Shown here: positions 1 to 11,906 of the stretch, piece after piece
Numbering within the stretch: the first letter of the stretch is position 1
Layout of the letters: every line of letters begins with the position of its first letter
Assembly: GCA_963832165.1 (NCBI GenBank)
Contig: CAWHTE010000007.1
Location: forward strand, 896,001-960,000
Source of the DNA: an uncultured delta proteobacterium
GTDB taxonomy: Bacteria; Myxococcota_A; UBA9160; SMWR01
DNA: 64,000 nt
Reading direction: 5' to 3'
Notes under the pieces: generated by a model
Seen by the model: only the letters and a program-made list of their open reading frames with translations
What the model was told of the DNA's origin: nothing
Database searches by the model: none
Program-made: the position numbers and the translations under genes

Positions 1-1543
1 CGCGGAACGCTCCGACCTGTGCCGACGCCCACGCCGCGTCGCGGCCGAGCTCCCCTGCGAGCAGGCTCGCGACGCGCGGGGCGATCTCGCTCGCCGCTCG
101 CGCGTCGAGCAGCAGTGCGCGCGTGCGGCGCGCGAGCGCGTCCTCGACGCTGCGCGCCATCTCGTGGCGCGCGCCGAACACGATCTGCGCGCCCGTGTAG
201 GGCAGGCGCGGGTGCAGCGGCAGAGCGAGGCTCGCATCCGTGCTCGCGATCTCCTCGATCGCGGGCAGGTCCGATCCGTACACGCGCCGTGCGTAGTCGG
301 CGGGATAGGCGGGATCGTTCCGGTCGAGGCTGCCGTGCAGGGCCAGCGTCTCGGTGACACACGGCCGCGACGGCAGCCCGCCGACCGCAATCGCGTCGAC
401 CAGCGCGTCCTCGGCCATCTTCCGGTAGGTAGTCCACTTCCCGCCCACGAGCGTCACGAGGCCCGAGTTGCTCACCACCACCGCGTGCTCGCGCGAGATC
501 TTCTTCGTGTCGGCGTCTTCGCCGCGCACGAGCGGGCGCTGGCCCGCGAACACCGAGAGCACGTCTCCGCGGCCCGGGTCCTTGGCGAGGAAACGGCCCG
601 CGTTGCGCAGCACGAATTCGATCTCCTCGGGCAGTGCGCGCGGCTCGATCTCGGCCGAGGGCATCGGCGTGTCGGTAGTGCCCACGAGGACGCGGCCGTG
701 CCACGGGATCAGGAACAGCACGCGGCCGTCGTCCGTCTGCGGAACCATGATCGCGTTCGGCCCGGGCTGGAACGAGGCGTCGAGCACGAGGTGGATGCCC
801 TGGCTCGGCGAGGTCATCGGGACGGCGTCGGGGTGATCGAGCCAGCGCAGCGTGTCCGAGAAGATCCCGGTTGCGTTCACCACGACGCGCGCGAGGATGC
901 GCCGCAGCTCGCCGCTCTCGGCGTCGCGCGCCACGACACCGCAGGTGTGGCCGTCGCCACCGCCGGCCTTGAGCAGCTCGATCACCTCCATGTAGTTGAT
1001 CAGCGCTGCGCCGTGATCGGCGGCCGTGCGCGCGAGGTGGATCGCCATGCGCGCATCGTCGAACTGCGCGTCGTGGTACATCGTTCCGCCGATCAGATCC
1101 TCCTGCTCGACGTTCGGGATCGCAGCGATCGTCGCGTCGCGGTCGAGGCCGCGGCTCGGCGCGAGGTTCAGGTCGCCCGCGAGCGCGTCGTAGAGCTTCA
1201 GTCCGATGCCGTAGAACGGGCCCTGCCACCAGCGGTAGCGCGGCACCACGAAGCCGAGGTTCGACACGAGGTGCGGCGCGTTGCGATAGAGCAGTCCGCG
1301 CTCGCGCAGCGCCTCGGTGACGAGCGAGAAGTTGAGCTGCTCCAGATAGCGCACGCCGCCGTGCACGAGTTTGGTGCTGCGGCTCGACGTGCCCTTCGCG
1401 AAATCGTACGCCTCGAGGAGCAGCGTCCGGTATCCGCGGCTCGCGGCGTCGACGGCCACGCCCAATCCCGATGCGCCGCCGCCGATCACGATGATGTCGA
1501 AGCTCTCCCGGTCGAGCCGGGCGATCATCTCCTCGCGCTTCAT
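1..1543 (-). CDS. glpD: FAD-dependent glycerol-3-phosphate dehydrogenase (3' end runs off the window)
   Basis: Manual translation from ATG at 1543: MKREEMIARLDRESFDIIVIGGGASGLGVAVDAASRG...DFAKGTSSRSTKLVHGGVRYL, the GlpD signature. Absent from the ORF track because there is no stop in the window. Confidence 0.93.
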   Translation of the reverse strand, partial: MKREEMIARLDRESFDIIVIGGGASGLGVAVDAASRGYRTLLLEAYDFAKGTSSRSTKLVHGGVRYLEQLNFSLVTEALRERGLLYRNAPHLVSNLGFVVPRYRWWQGPFYGIGLKLYDALAGDLNLAPSRGLDRDATIAAIPNVEQEDLIGGTMYHDAQFDDARMAIHLARTAADHGAALINYMEVIELLKAGGGDGHTCGVVARDAESGELRRILARVVVNATGIFSDTLRWLDHPDAVPMTSPSQGIHLVLDASFQPGPNAIMVPQTDDGRVLFLIPWHGRVLVGTTDTPMPSAEIEPRALPEEIEFVLRNAGRFLAKDPGRGDVLSVFAGQRPLVRGEDADTKKISREHAVVVSNSGLVTLVGGKWTTYRKMAEDALVDAIAVGGLPSRPCVTETLALHGSLDRNDPAYPADYARRVYGSDLPAIEEIASTDASLALPLHPRLPYTGAQIVFGARHEMARSVEDALARRTRALLLDARAASEIAPRVASLLAGELGRDAAWASAQVGAFR

Positions 1544-1621
1544 CCTGGGAGGATGCTACCGAGGGTGTACTCTGCCGCCATGCAAGCCTCGCGAGAGCCG
1601 AGGGCGAGCGGAGGCGATGGA

Positions 1622-4600
1622 GTGAGGCGCCTGGTCGTCTCGCCCGCGCGCCGAGGAGCGGCTCGCGGTGGCGCGCGCCTGGCTGCGCGCGCGCGGGCCG
1701 GGCGAAGAGGTGCTCGTGGTCGGCGCGACCGCCGACGCCGCGGCCGACCTCGTGCGCGGCGCCGCGCTCGACGCGGGTGGTGCATTCGGGTGGCATCGCA
1801 CCACGGTCGCGCGACTGGCCGCGGCGCTCGCGGCGCGCGCGCTCGTCGAGCTCTGCCGCGTCCCGGTCGGGCGGCTCGTGTCCGAGGCCGTCGTCGCGCG
1901 CGTGCTGCACGGTCTCGGCGAGCGCGGTGAGCTCGGTCGCCTCGCGCATACCGGGCGCGGACCCGGGCTCGCGCGCGCTCTCACGTCCGTGCTCGAAGAG
2001 CTGCGCGGTGAGCAGCTCGCGCCGGCTCGCGTCGCGGCGGTGGCGCCCGAGCTCGCGCGTGTGCACGAAGCCTACGACGCGGCGCTCATCGCCGCGGGGC
2101 TCGCCGATCGGGCCGTCGTCGAAGAGCTCGCGGCCGAGGCCGCGCGCTCTTCGCAGCACGCGGCGTGGCTCGATCTGCCGCTCGTGCTGCTCGACCTGCC
2201 CGCGCCCACCGCAACGGGGCGCGCGCTGCTCGAGGCCGTGGTCGCGCGCGCTCCCGACTGCCTCGCGATCGCGCCCGAAGGCGACGCGCGCGCAGTCGAG
2301 TCGCTCGCGTCCGTGCTGCGCGTCTCGCCCGAGCGCGTCGGTGCCGCCGACGCGCCAAGCGCGCTGCACGCGATGCAAGAGCATCTGTTCCGCGACAGCG
2401 CTCCCGCGCCGCGACCGCCCGACGATTCGGTGCAGCTGCTCTCGGCGCCGGGCGAGAGCCGCGAGTGCGTGGAGATCGCGCGGCGCATCCACGCCGCCGC
2501 GCGCAGCGGGACCCCGTTCGACCGGATCGCGGTGCTGCTGCGCGCGCCCGAAGCCTACGGCCCGTTCCTGGTCGAGGCGCTGCGCCGCGCGGCGATTCCC
2601 GCGCACTTCGCGCGCGGCGCGCGGCGCCCCGACCCGAGCGGGCGCGCGTTGCTCGCGCTGCTCGCGTGTGCTGCAGAGAGCTATTCGGCGCGGCGGTTCG
2701 CGGAGTATCTGTCGCTGGGCGAGGTGCCGCCGCGCGCGCCGGGCGGCGATCCGCCCGCTGCGCCGGCCTCGGGCGAGCGCTGGGTGCCCCCCGACGAGGA
2801 GCTCGTGGCCGCGCGCGTCGGTGCCGCGGACGAGGCGGATGGCGAGGCCGAGCCCGAACCCGCGCGCGGGAGCGGCAGCCTGCCCGCGCCGCGCCGCTGG
2901 GAGCGCCTGCTCGTCGAGGCGGCCGTGATCGGCGGACGCGAGCGCTGGCGGCGCCGCCTCGACGGACTCGCGCGCGAGATCGAGAAGAAGATCGACGAGG
3001 TCGAGGATCCCGATGGGCCGCTCGCGGAGCGGCTCCGCCGCGATTGCGCCGACCTCGCGCATCTGCGCGCGTACGCACTGCCACTCATCGACGCGCTCGC
3101 GAACCTGCCCGCGTCGGCGCGCTGGGCGGAATGGATCGACACGCTGAGCGCGCTCGCGGCCAGCGCGCTGCGCAGCCCCGAGCGCGTGCAGTCGGTGCTC
3201 GCGGAGCTCGCGCCGATGGCCGAGGTCGGGCCGATCGGATTGCGCGAGGTGCAGCTCGTGCTCACGCCGCGCTTGCAGCAGGTCGCGAGCCCGCCGCCGG
3301 GTGCGCGCTATGGCAAGGTCTTCGTCGCCCCGGTCGAGGCCGCGCGTGGGCTCGACTTCGACCTGGTCTTCGTGCCGGGTCTCGCCGAGAAGCTCTTCCC
3401 GCGCAAGATCGGCGAGGAGCCGATCCTGCTCGACGCAGTGCGCGAGCAGCTCGCCTCCGGGCTCGCCACCAACGAACGCCGGCTCGAAGCCGAACGCACG
3501 GCGTTGCGCCTCGCGGTCGGCGCCGCGCGCGAGCGGGCAGTGCTCTCGTACCCGCGCCTCGACGTCGACGGAGCGCGCCCGCGCGTGCCTTCGTTCTACG
3601 CGCTCGAGGCGCTGCGCGCCGCCGAGGGGGTGTTGCCGGGCTTCGACGAGCTCTCGCGCCGCGCGGAGATGTTCGGCGAGGCGCGCCTGGGCTGGCCCGC
3701 GCCCGAGCAGCCGGCCGCCGCGATCGACGCAGCCGAGTTCGATCTCGCGCGGCTCGCGGCGCTCGAAGAGGACGACGAGTCGAGCCGCGGCGCCGCGCGC
3801 TATCTGCTCGGCGCGAATCCGCACCTGGGCCGCGCGCTGCGCTTCCGCGGGCGGCGCTGGGAGGTGGCGGGCTGGACGAGCGCGGATGGGTTCGTGAAGC
3901 CGATCGAAGCGGGACGCCGCGCGCTCGCGGCGCACGCGCTCACCGCGCGCAGCTATTCGCCGACGGCGCTCCAGCACTACGCGACGTGCCCGTACAAGTT
4001 CTTCCTGCAGGCGGTCTGCAGGCTCGCACCGCGCGAAGAGCCCGAGGCGATCGAGGAGCTGGATCCGCTGCAGCGCGGATCGCTCGTCCACGCGGTGCAG
4101 TTCGCGTTGTTCGGCGCGCTGCGCGACGCGGGGCTCCTGCCCGTGACGCCGGCGCGGCTCGACGCCGCGCGCGCCCACCTCGACGCCGTGCTCGAGAAGG
4201 TCGCCGCCGACTACGCCGACGCGCTCGCACCCGCGATCGAGCGCGTGTGGCGGGACGGCGTCGACTCGGTGCGCGCGGACCTGCGCGAGTGGCTGCGCCG
4301 CGCGAGCGAGGATGGCTCCGGGTTCGTGCCGTGGCGCTTCGAGCTCTCGTTCGGCCTGCCGAGCGGGCGCGACGCCGATCCCGCCTCCCAGGCGGAGCCG
4401 GTCGCGCTCGAAACGGGGCTGTCTCTGCGCGGATCGATCGATCTGGTCGAGCGAGCGGAGGACGGACGCCTGCGCGTCACCGACCACAAGACCGGCAAGG
4501 AGCGCTTCGAGGACGGCGCCGTGATCGATGGCGGCCACACGCTGCAGCCCGTGCTCTACGCGCTCGCAGTCGAGAAGGTGTTCTCGGGCGCCCCCGTGGA

Positions 4601-4868
4601 TTCCGGCCGCCTCTACTACTGCACCTCCGCGGGCGGCTTCGCCGAGCACGAAGTCGCGCTGAACGACGCCGCGCGCGCCGCGGCGCGCACCGTGGCGCAG
4701 ACCGTCGGCACGGCGCTCGACGAGGCGTTCCTCCCTGCGGCACCGGCCCGCGACGCGTGCCGCTGGTGCGATTACCGGCCCGTGTGCGGGCCGTACGAGG
4801 AGCGCCGCGTGCAGCGCAAGTACGCGCCTGCGCTCGCGGCGCTGCACAAGCTCCGGGACGAGCGATGA
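1622..4868 (+). CDS. addB: AddB-like helicase/nuclease subunit (inactive helicase fold, PD-(D/E)XK nuclease, Fe-S staple)
   Basis: ORF 1668-4868: SYSPTALQHYATCPYKFF, LRGSIDLVE, DHKTG, CRWCDYRPVC (four Cys). Probable true start GTG 1622 with a 1-bp frameshift near 1644. ATGA overlap with the next gene. Confidence 0.85.
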
Positions 4869-7800
4869 GCCGCAAAGAGAGCTCGCCGATCGACGCCGAC
4901 GCGCGCCAGAAGATCGCCGCGCAGCTCGACACCACGCTGTTCGTCGAGGCCGCGGCGGGTACTGGCAAGACCACCGCGCTCGTGGGGCGGATCGTGGCGC
5001 TCGTGAGCAGCGGGCGCGCCGCCCTGAAACAGATCGTCGCGCTCACGTTCGCCGACAAGGCCGCGGGCGAGATGCGGCTGCGGCTGCGCTCCGAGCTCGA
5101 GCGCGCGCGGGTCGCGACGCCGCCCGAAAGCGAGGAGCGCAAGCGGCTCGACGCTGCACTCGAGCAGCTCGAGCTCGCGCGCATCGCGACGATCCACGCG
5201 TTCTGCGGCGACCTGCTCCAGGAGCGGCCCGTCGAAGCGGGCGTGGACCCGATGTTCGCGATCGCGGCCCCCGACGAGGCGGCGCGCCTGCTCGACCGCG
5301 CGTTCGACGACTGGTTCCAGCACGCGCTCGCAGATCCGCCCGAGGGCGTTCAGCGCCTGCTGCGCCGGCGCCCGCGCGGGCCCGACGCGCGCAGCGCGCG
5401 CGCCACGCTGTTCGAGGCCGCGCGCTCACTGGTCGAGCACCGCGACTACACCGCGCGCTGGCGCCGCGATCCGTTCGGGCGCGCCAGTGCAATCGACGAG
5501 GTGATGACGGAGCTCGACGCGCTCGCGGACCTCGCGCCGCGCGCCGCGGATCCCAGCGACTGGCTGTCGCAGAACCTCCAGAACATCGCGCGATTCGCGG
5601 CCGAGAACCGGCTGCGCGAGACGGTGCGCGGGCGCGATCACGACGCGCTCGAGGCCGAGCTGCGCGAGCTCGCGCGAACGCGCAAGGTCGGGTGGCACTA
5701 CTCGGGCCGCCAGCGGCGCGAGTTCGCGCCGGGCGTTCTGCGCAGCGAGGTGCTCGCGAAGCGCGATGCCGCGAAGCAGCGTCTCGATCGGCTGCTCGCC
5801 GACTGCGACGCCGACCTCGCGGCGTGCCTGCAGCCGGAGCTCTTCCCGGTGGTGGCGAAGTACGAGGAGCACAAGCGCGCCGCGGGCGTGCTCGACTTCG
5901 TCGACCTGCTCGTGTGCACGCGCGATCTGCTCGTGCGCGACGCCGGGGTACGCGCCGATCTCGCGCGCCGCTTCACCCATTACTTCGTCGACGAGTTCCA
6001 GGACACCGACCCGCTCCAGGCCGAGATCCTGATGCTGCTCGTGTCGGACGATCCGCAGCAGCGCGACTGGCGCGTGGCGATGCCCGCACCCGGGCGCCTG
6101 TTCGTGGTCGGCGATCCGAAGCAGTCGATCTACCGGTTCCGCCGCGCCGACGTGGCGATCTACGAGCAGATCAAGGAGCGCCTCGTCGCGCACGGCGCCG
6201 AGCTCGTGCTCTTGCGCGCGAGCTTCCGCGCGGTGCCGGCGATCCAGGCCGCCGTGAACGCGGCGTTCGAGCCCGAGATGCAGGCCGCCGCCGACCGGAG
6301 TCAGGCGCGTTATGTCGCGCTCGAGGCCGTGCGCGCCGACGAGCCGGCCCAGCCCGCCGTGGTGGTGGTCCCCGCGCCGAAGCCCTATGGCGATTACGGC
6401 ACGGTGGTGTCGTGGAAGGTCGCAGAGTCGCTGCCCGACGCGGTCGGCGCGTTCATCGACTGGCTGATCCGCAAGAGCGGCTGGACGGTCGAGGAGCGCG
6501 GCGCACGCGTGCCGGTGGCGGCGCGCCACGTGTGCCTGCTGTTCCGCCGCTTCAAACACTTCCGCGACGACGCGACGCGACCCTACCAGCGCGCGCTCGA
6601 GGCGCGCCGCATCCCGCACGTGCTCGTGGGCGGGCGCTCGTTCCACGATCGCGAGGAGGTGATCGCGCTGCGCAACGCGCTCACCGCGATCGAATGGCCC
6701 GGCGACGAGCTGTCCGTGTACGCCACGCTGCGCGGACCGCTGTTCGCGCTCACCGACGATGTGCTGCTCGCATTCCGCGCGGAACACGGAACGTTGCACC
6801 CGCTCGCACCCCGCAAGCCGGCGGAGCCGGCGCCAGCGAGCCGCAGGCGAGCGAAGTAGATGCGGTAGCGGACGCGATCGACGTGCTCGCGCGCCTGCAT
6901 CGCGGCCGCAACCGCCGCCCGATCGCCGACACGGTGGGCCAGCTGCTCGAGGCCGTGCGCGCGCATGCGGCGCTCGCGATCTGGCCCACGGGCGAGCAGG
7001 CGCTCGCGAACTGCACGCGCGTGATGGACCTCGCGCGCCGCTTCGAGCGCGCGGGCGCGTCGTCGTTCCGGGCTTTCGTCGACCGCCTCGAGGAGGACGC
7101 CGAGAGCGGCGACACCGAGGATGCGCCCGTGGTGGAGGAGGGCACCGAGGGCGTGCGGATCATGACGGCGCACCGCGCCAAGGGGCTCGAGTTCCCCGTC
7201 GTGGTGCTGTGCGATCCGACCGCGAACGCCACGCGCGATCAGCCGAGCCGACACGTCGACCCGGAGCGGTCGCTCTGGGCGGAGCCGCTCGCGGGCTGCG
7301 CGCCGCGCGAGCTGCTCGAGGCGAGCGCAGTCGAGCTCGCGCGCGATCGCGCCGAGTCGGTGCGGCTCGCCTATGTCGCCGCCACGCGCGCGCGCGACCT
7401 GCTCGTCGTCACGGGCGTCGCGGACGAGGAGCTCGAGGGCAGCTGGCTCTCGGCGCTGCACCCCGCGATCTATCCGAGCACGCTCTCCTCGGGCGAAGGC
7501 GAGCCGGCCGCGGGCTGCCCGCCGTTCCGCGGCGCAGCAGTGGCGGAGCGCCCCAGGAACGCGAAGCCCGGCAAGCGCGCGCCCGTGAACGCGGGCCGCA
7601 CGTCGGCGCGCGCGGGCCGACACTCGGTGGTGTGGTGGGATCCGAAGGCGCTCTCGCTCGACGCGCAGGAGCGCGTCGGGCTGCGCCAGCAGCGCATTCT
7701 CGAAGCCGACGAGGGCGGCAGCGCCGCGGCCGAGGGCGAGCGCGTGCACGCGCAGTGGCAGAGCGATCGCGAGGCACTGCTCGCGGCAGGCGCGCGCGCG

Positions 7801-8334
7801 ACCTTCGCGGTCGTTCCGGTCACGGCGCTCGCGGAGGAGCGCGCAGCGGTAGCGCCGGCGCCGCAGGTGAGAATCGAGACGGTGGTGTCGCGCGGCGCGC
7901 GGCCGGGTGGGCGCCGCTTCGGCACGCTCGTGCACGCGGTGCTCGCGGAGGTGGATCTGCGCGCGAGCGCGGACGAAGTCGCGCGGATCGCGGCGCTCCA
8001 GGGGCGGATCGTCGGTGCGACCGCGGACGAAGTCGCGGCCGCGAGCGCCGCGGCGGTAGCGGCACTCGCGCATCCCGTGATCGCGCGCGCGGCGGCGAGC
8101 GCCGCGCTGCGCCGCGAGGTGCCGGTCGCGCTTCGCCAGGAGGACGGGCGGCTCGCCGAGGGCGTGGTCGACCTCGCGTTCCGCGAGGATGCGCGCTGGA
8201 TCGTCGTCGACTGGAAGACCGACGCCGAGCTCGGCCCGCGCCGCGCGACCTACGCCGCGCAGGTGCAGGTCTACGCCGACGCGATCGCGCGCGCGACGGG
8301 CGAGCGCGCCGAGGCGCTGCTGCTCGTGGTATGA
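4865..8334 (+). CDS. addA: AddA-like UvrD helicase/nuclease subunit (frameshift near 6840-6860)
   Basis: MSRKESS start; Walker A VEAAAGTGKT, VDEFQDTD, VGDPKQSIYRFRRAD. Second frame (ORF 5692-8334) continues with MTAHRAKGLEFP, RLAYVAATRARD and nuclease motif GVVDLAF...VVDWKT. Confidence 0.88.
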
Positions 8335-8341
8335 ATCCGCC

Positions 8342-9415
8342 ATGCCGCCTCCCTATCGCGTGATCCAGTGGGCGACCGGTTCGGTCGGACGCGAAGCGCT
8401 GCGCGCCGTGCTCGACCATCCGCAGCTCGAGCTCGCGGGCGTGCGCGTCTATTCGGCGGACAAGGAAGGACGCGACGCGGGCGAGCTGTGCGGCGTCGCG
8501 CCGACGGGCGTGGGCGCGACGCAGAGCAGCGAAGCGCTGCTCGCGACCGACGCCGACTGCGTGCTCTACATGCCGCGCACGGCCGATCTCGGCGAGGTAT
8601 GCGCGCTGCTCGCGTCGGGCAAGAACGTGGTCGCGACGCCGTTCCTGTTCTACGGCCACGCCTATCCCGAAGCGGAGCGCGCGAAGCTCGAGCGCGCATG
8701 CGCGGAGGGAAAGAGCTCGGTGCACGGCACCGGGATCCATCCGGGCCTAGTCGGCATGGTGCTGCCGCTGGCGCTCTCGGGGATCTCGCGCCGGATCGAG
8801 TGGCTCACGATCCAGGAGCGCGCGAATTGGACCTTCTACGACAGCCCGCGCATCACGTTCGACAACATGCGTTTCGGCGCGCTGCCCGAGCACGCGACGC
8901 TCGCGGCGAATCCGTTCGCGCGCTGGAACGGCCAGCTGTTCGTGCAGCAGATCTGGCTGCTCGCGCACGGGCTGAACGCGCGGATCGACCGCGTGACGGA
9001 GGAGCAGGAGCTCGTCACCGCGGCCACGCGCTGCGAGATCCGCGGCGGCGTGATCGAGGCGGGCACGGTGTGTGGCCAGCGCTACCGCTGGCGCGGCGTG
9101 TCCGGCGAGCGGACGTTGATCGAGATCGAGGCGCTCTGGACGGTCGGGCCCGACTATCCCGAGAAGTGGCCGCGCCCGCGCGACGGCTGGACGATCCGGA
9201 TCGAGGGCGAGCCGTCGGCGCAGCTGCACTTCGTCTCACTCGCGAGCTTCGCGCGCCGCGACGTGCCGATCGATGAGCACGTGCACGCAGCCGACGTCGC
9301 GACCGCGATGCATGCGGTGAACTCGGTACCTGCGGTGTGCGAGGCGCCGCCCGGGATCCGCAGCGCGCTCGACCTGCCGCTCACGCGCGCGGGGATCGGC
9401 TTCGATGCCCATTAG
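8342..9415 (+). CDS. NAD(P)-dependent oxidoreductase, dihydrodipicolinate reductase-like / diaminopentanoate dehydrogenase-like family
   Basis: YRVIQWATGSVGREAL Rossmann start, KEGRDAGELCG, GTGIHPG, ATAMHAVNSVPAVCEAPPGI. Confidence 0.75.
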   Translation: MPPPYRVIQWATGSVGREALRAVLDHPQLELAGVRVYSADKEGRDAGELCGVAPTGVGATQSSEALLATDADCVLYMPRTADLGEVCALLASGKNVVATPFLFYGHAYPEAERAKLERACAEGKSSVHGTGIHPGLVGMVLPLALSGISRRIEWLTIQERANWTFYDSPRITFDNMRFGALPEHATLAANPFARWNGQLFVQQIWLLAHGLNARIDRVTEEQELVTAATRCEIRGGVIEAGTVCGQRYRWRGVSGERTLIEIEALWTVGPDYPEKWPRPRDGWTIRIEGEPSAQLHFVSLASFARRDVPIDEHVHAADVATAMHAVNSVPAVCEAPPGIRSALDLPLTRAGIGFDAH

Positions 9416-10031
9416 TCGCCTCCTCGAGATCATGGCGAAGCTGCGCGACCGCGACGGCGGCTGCCCTTGGGACCTCGAGCAGAGCTTCGAGACGATCGCG
9501 CCCTATACGATCGAAGAGGCCTACGAGGTGGATGACGCGATCCGCCGCAAGGACTGGGACGCCCTGCGCGACGAGCTCGGCGATCTGCTGCTCCAGGTGG
9601 TGTTCCACGCGCAGATGGCGCGCGAGGCGGGACACTTCGATTTCGACGACGTCTCTCGCGCGATCGGAGACAAGCTCGTGCGGCGCCACCCGCACGTGTT
9701 CGGCGATGCGAAGATCGCGAGCGCGGCGGCGCAGACCGACGCCTGGGAGCGTCAGAAGGCCGACGAGCGCGCCGCGCGCGGCGAACCGGGCGCGATGGAC
9801 GGCGTACCGCTGGCGCTTCCCGCCCTGTTGCGCGCGCGCAAGCTGATCTCGCGCGCCGCGCGAGCGGGGCTCGCGGAGTCCGGCTCGCCGGCCGAGCAGG
9901 TCACCGAGCGGTCGATCGGCGAGATGCTGTTCTCGGTCGTCGAGCTCGCACAGCGCGCAGGGATCGATCCCGAGCAGGCGCTGCGCGAAGCGAACGCCGC
10001 GTTCGAGCGACGCATGCGCGAGCGCGAGTGA
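9405..10031 (+). CDS. mazG: MazG nucleoside triphosphate pyrophosphohydrolase (shortened second domain)
   Basis: LRDRDGGCPWDLEQS, IEEAYEV, ELGDLLLQVVFHAQMA, KLVRRHPHVFG. Confidence 0.92.
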   Translation: MPISRLLEIMAKLRDRDGGCPWDLEQSFETIAPYTIEEAYEVDDAIRRKDWDALRDELGDLLLQVVFHAQMAREAGHFDFDDVSRAIGDKLVRRHPHVFGDAKIASAAAQTDAWERQKADERAARGEPGAMDGVPLALPALLRARKLISRAARAGLAESGSPAEQVTERSIGEMLFSVVELAQRAGIDPEQALREANAAFERRMRERE

Positions 10032-11156
10032 TCAGCTCTGCAGCTTCGCCAGTCGATCCACCGAGTCGATGTACTCCTCGACGAGCGTGTAGATCACGTC
10101 GCGCACCGCGAGCTTCTCGTTCATCGCGCCGACGATCTGGCCGACCGGGTTGAACGCGACCTTCTGCGCGGCCTTCGGGTAGCGGTGCACGCGCGTCATC
10201 GCCTCGGAGACGAGCATCCCCTGCAGCGGCATGCCGAGCGTGCCGGGCGACTCCTCCGATTCCCACGCGACGGTCCAGTCGTTCTTGAGCATGCGGGCCG
10301 GCTTGCCGGTCCACGAGCGCGACCGCACCGTGTCGCGGCTGGTGGCCTGGAGATACGAATCCATCTGCTCGGGCGACGCCTCGGCCTCCTCGACCGTGAG
10401 CCAGATCGAGCCGGTCCACACGCCCTGCGCGCCCATCCCGAGCGCAGCCGCGATCTGCCGGCCGCGGCCGACGCCGCCCGCCGCGAGCACGGGCGTCGGC
10501 GCCACCGCGTCGATCACTTCGGGCCAGAGCACCATCGAGCCGATCTCGCCGGTGTGGCCGCCGCCCTCGGTGCCCTGCGCGATGATGATGTCGACACCGG
10601 CAGCCTTGTGCTTCAGCGCCTGATCGGCGCGCCCGCATAGCGCGGACACCATCCGGCCCGACGCGTGGATGCGTTCGATCACGTCCTGGGGCGGCGTGCC
10701 GAGCGCGTTCGCGATCAGCTTCACTTTCGGGTGGCGCAGCGTGACCTCGACCTGCGGCGACGCGGTGGCCTCGGTCCAACCGAGCAGCTCGTTGCGGCGC
10801 TCCTCGCCGGCGGGCAGGTCGGGCACGCCGTGATCGGCGAGGATCTTGCGCGCGAACGCGCGGTGCTGCTCGGGGATCATCTTCTTGAGCATCTCCTCGA
10901 GCTTCTTCGGATCGGTCTCGCCGGTGCTCTTGCCCTCGTACTTGCCCGGGATCACGAAGTCGACACCGTACGGGTTGTCGCCGATGTGCTCGTCGATCCA
11001 GCGCAGCTCGACCTCGAGCTGCTCGGGCGTGAAGCCAACGGCGCCGAGCACGCCGAAGCCGCCCGCCTGCGACACCGCGACGACCACGTCGCGGCAGTGG
11101 GTGAACGCGAAGATCGGGAACTCGATGCCGAGCCGGTCGCAGAGTTCGGTGTGCAT
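10032..11156 (-). CDS. Nitronate monooxygenase family flavoprotein
   Basis: IFAFTHCRDVVVAVSQAGGFGVLG, IAQGTEGGGHTG, VLAAGGVG, GVWTGSIWL. Confidence 0.85.
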   Translation of the reverse strand: MHTELCDRLGIEFPIFAFTHCRDVVVAVSQAGGFGVLGAVGFTPEQLEVELRWIDEHIGDNPYGVDFVIPGKYEGKSTGETDPKKLEEMLKKMIPEQHRAFARKILADHGVPDLPAGEERRNELLGWTEATASPQVEVTLRHPKVKLIANALGTPPQDVIERIHASGRMVSALCGRADQALKHKAAGVDIIIAQGTEGGGHTGEIGSMVLWPEVIDAVAPTPVLAAGGVGRGRQIAAALGMGAQGVWTGSIWLTVEEAEASPEQMDSYLQATSRDTVRSRSWTGKPARMLKNDWTVAWESEESPGTLGMPLQGMLVSEAMTRVHRYPKAAQKVAFNPVGQIVGAMNEKLAVRDVIYTLVEEYIDSVDRLAKLQS

Positions 11157-11258
11157 GGGGGTCCTTAGGAGGTTAGAGGGATCAAGGTAACCGAAAGGGG
11201 TCGCGCGGCGTCTCAGGACGCGAGCGATCCACTATCCTCGAAAACGGAGGGCCAGACG

Positions 11259-11906
11259 ATGGGATTCCTCTCGCGCAAGACCGAGATGCCGACGCCGGCG
11301 ACCGCGCTCCCGGGGCGCGCGCAGGCGATGCCCGTGAAGCTCGAGCACTTCGTGCTGGGCAACCCGATCGCGCCGCCGTTCCCGGACGGACTCGAGCTCG
11401 CGCTGTTCGGCATGGGCTGCTTCTGGGGCGCCGAGAAGAAGTTCTGGCAGGCGCCGGGCGTCTACACGACGGCGGTCGGCTATGCGGCCGGCATCACGCC
11501 GAACCCGCTCTACGAAGAGGTCTGCAGCGGGCGCACGGGTCACAACGAGGTGGTGCGCGTGGTGTTCGACCCCGCGGCCACGAGCTATGCCGAGATGCTG
11601 CGGATCTTCTGGGAGACCCACGATCCGACCCAGGGCATGCGGCAGGGCAACGACGTCGGCACGCAGTACCGGTCGGGGATCTACGTCTACGGCGACACCC
11701 AGCGCGCGGCCGCGATCGCGTCGCGCGACGCCTACACCGCGCGCCTGCGCGCGGCGGGCTACGGCGCGATCACCACCGAGATCGTCGATGCGCCCGAGTT
11801 CTACTATGCCGAAGACTATCACCAGCAGTACCTCGCCAAGAACCCGCATGGCTACTGCGGGCTCGGCGGTACGGGCGTCTCGTGCCCGATCGGAACGAAT
11901 GCCTGA
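11259..11906 (+). CDS. msrA: Peptide-methionine (S)-S-oxide reductase
   Basis: [47 protein letters not shown]. Confidence 0.97.
   Translation: MGFLSRKTEMPTPATALPGRAQAMPVKLEHFVLGNPIAPPFPDGLELALFGMGCFWGAEKKFWQAPGVYTTAVGYAAGITPNPLYEEVCSGRTGHNEVVRVVFDPAATSYAEMLRIFWETHDPTQGMRQGNDVGTQYRSGIYVYGDTQRAAAIASRDAYTARLRAAGYGAITTEIVDAPEFYYAEDYHQQYLAKNPHGYCGLGGTGVSCPIGTNA

Noticed and set aside
164..1930. 588-aa plus-strand ORF, and many similar long antisense or alternate-frame ORFs across the window
   Set aside because: Shadow ORFs expected at this GC content. The opposite strand encodes GlpD here, and recognisable genes elsewhere.
2165..6859. 1,564-aa ORF suggesting a giant helicase
   Set aside because: The first ~900 aa are Arg/Ala-rich off-frame read-through over addB; real coding starts at 4865.
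1622..8334. Helicase-nuclease pair as a novel defence system
   Set aside because: Motifs, Fe-S cysteines and gene order match housekeeping AddAB.
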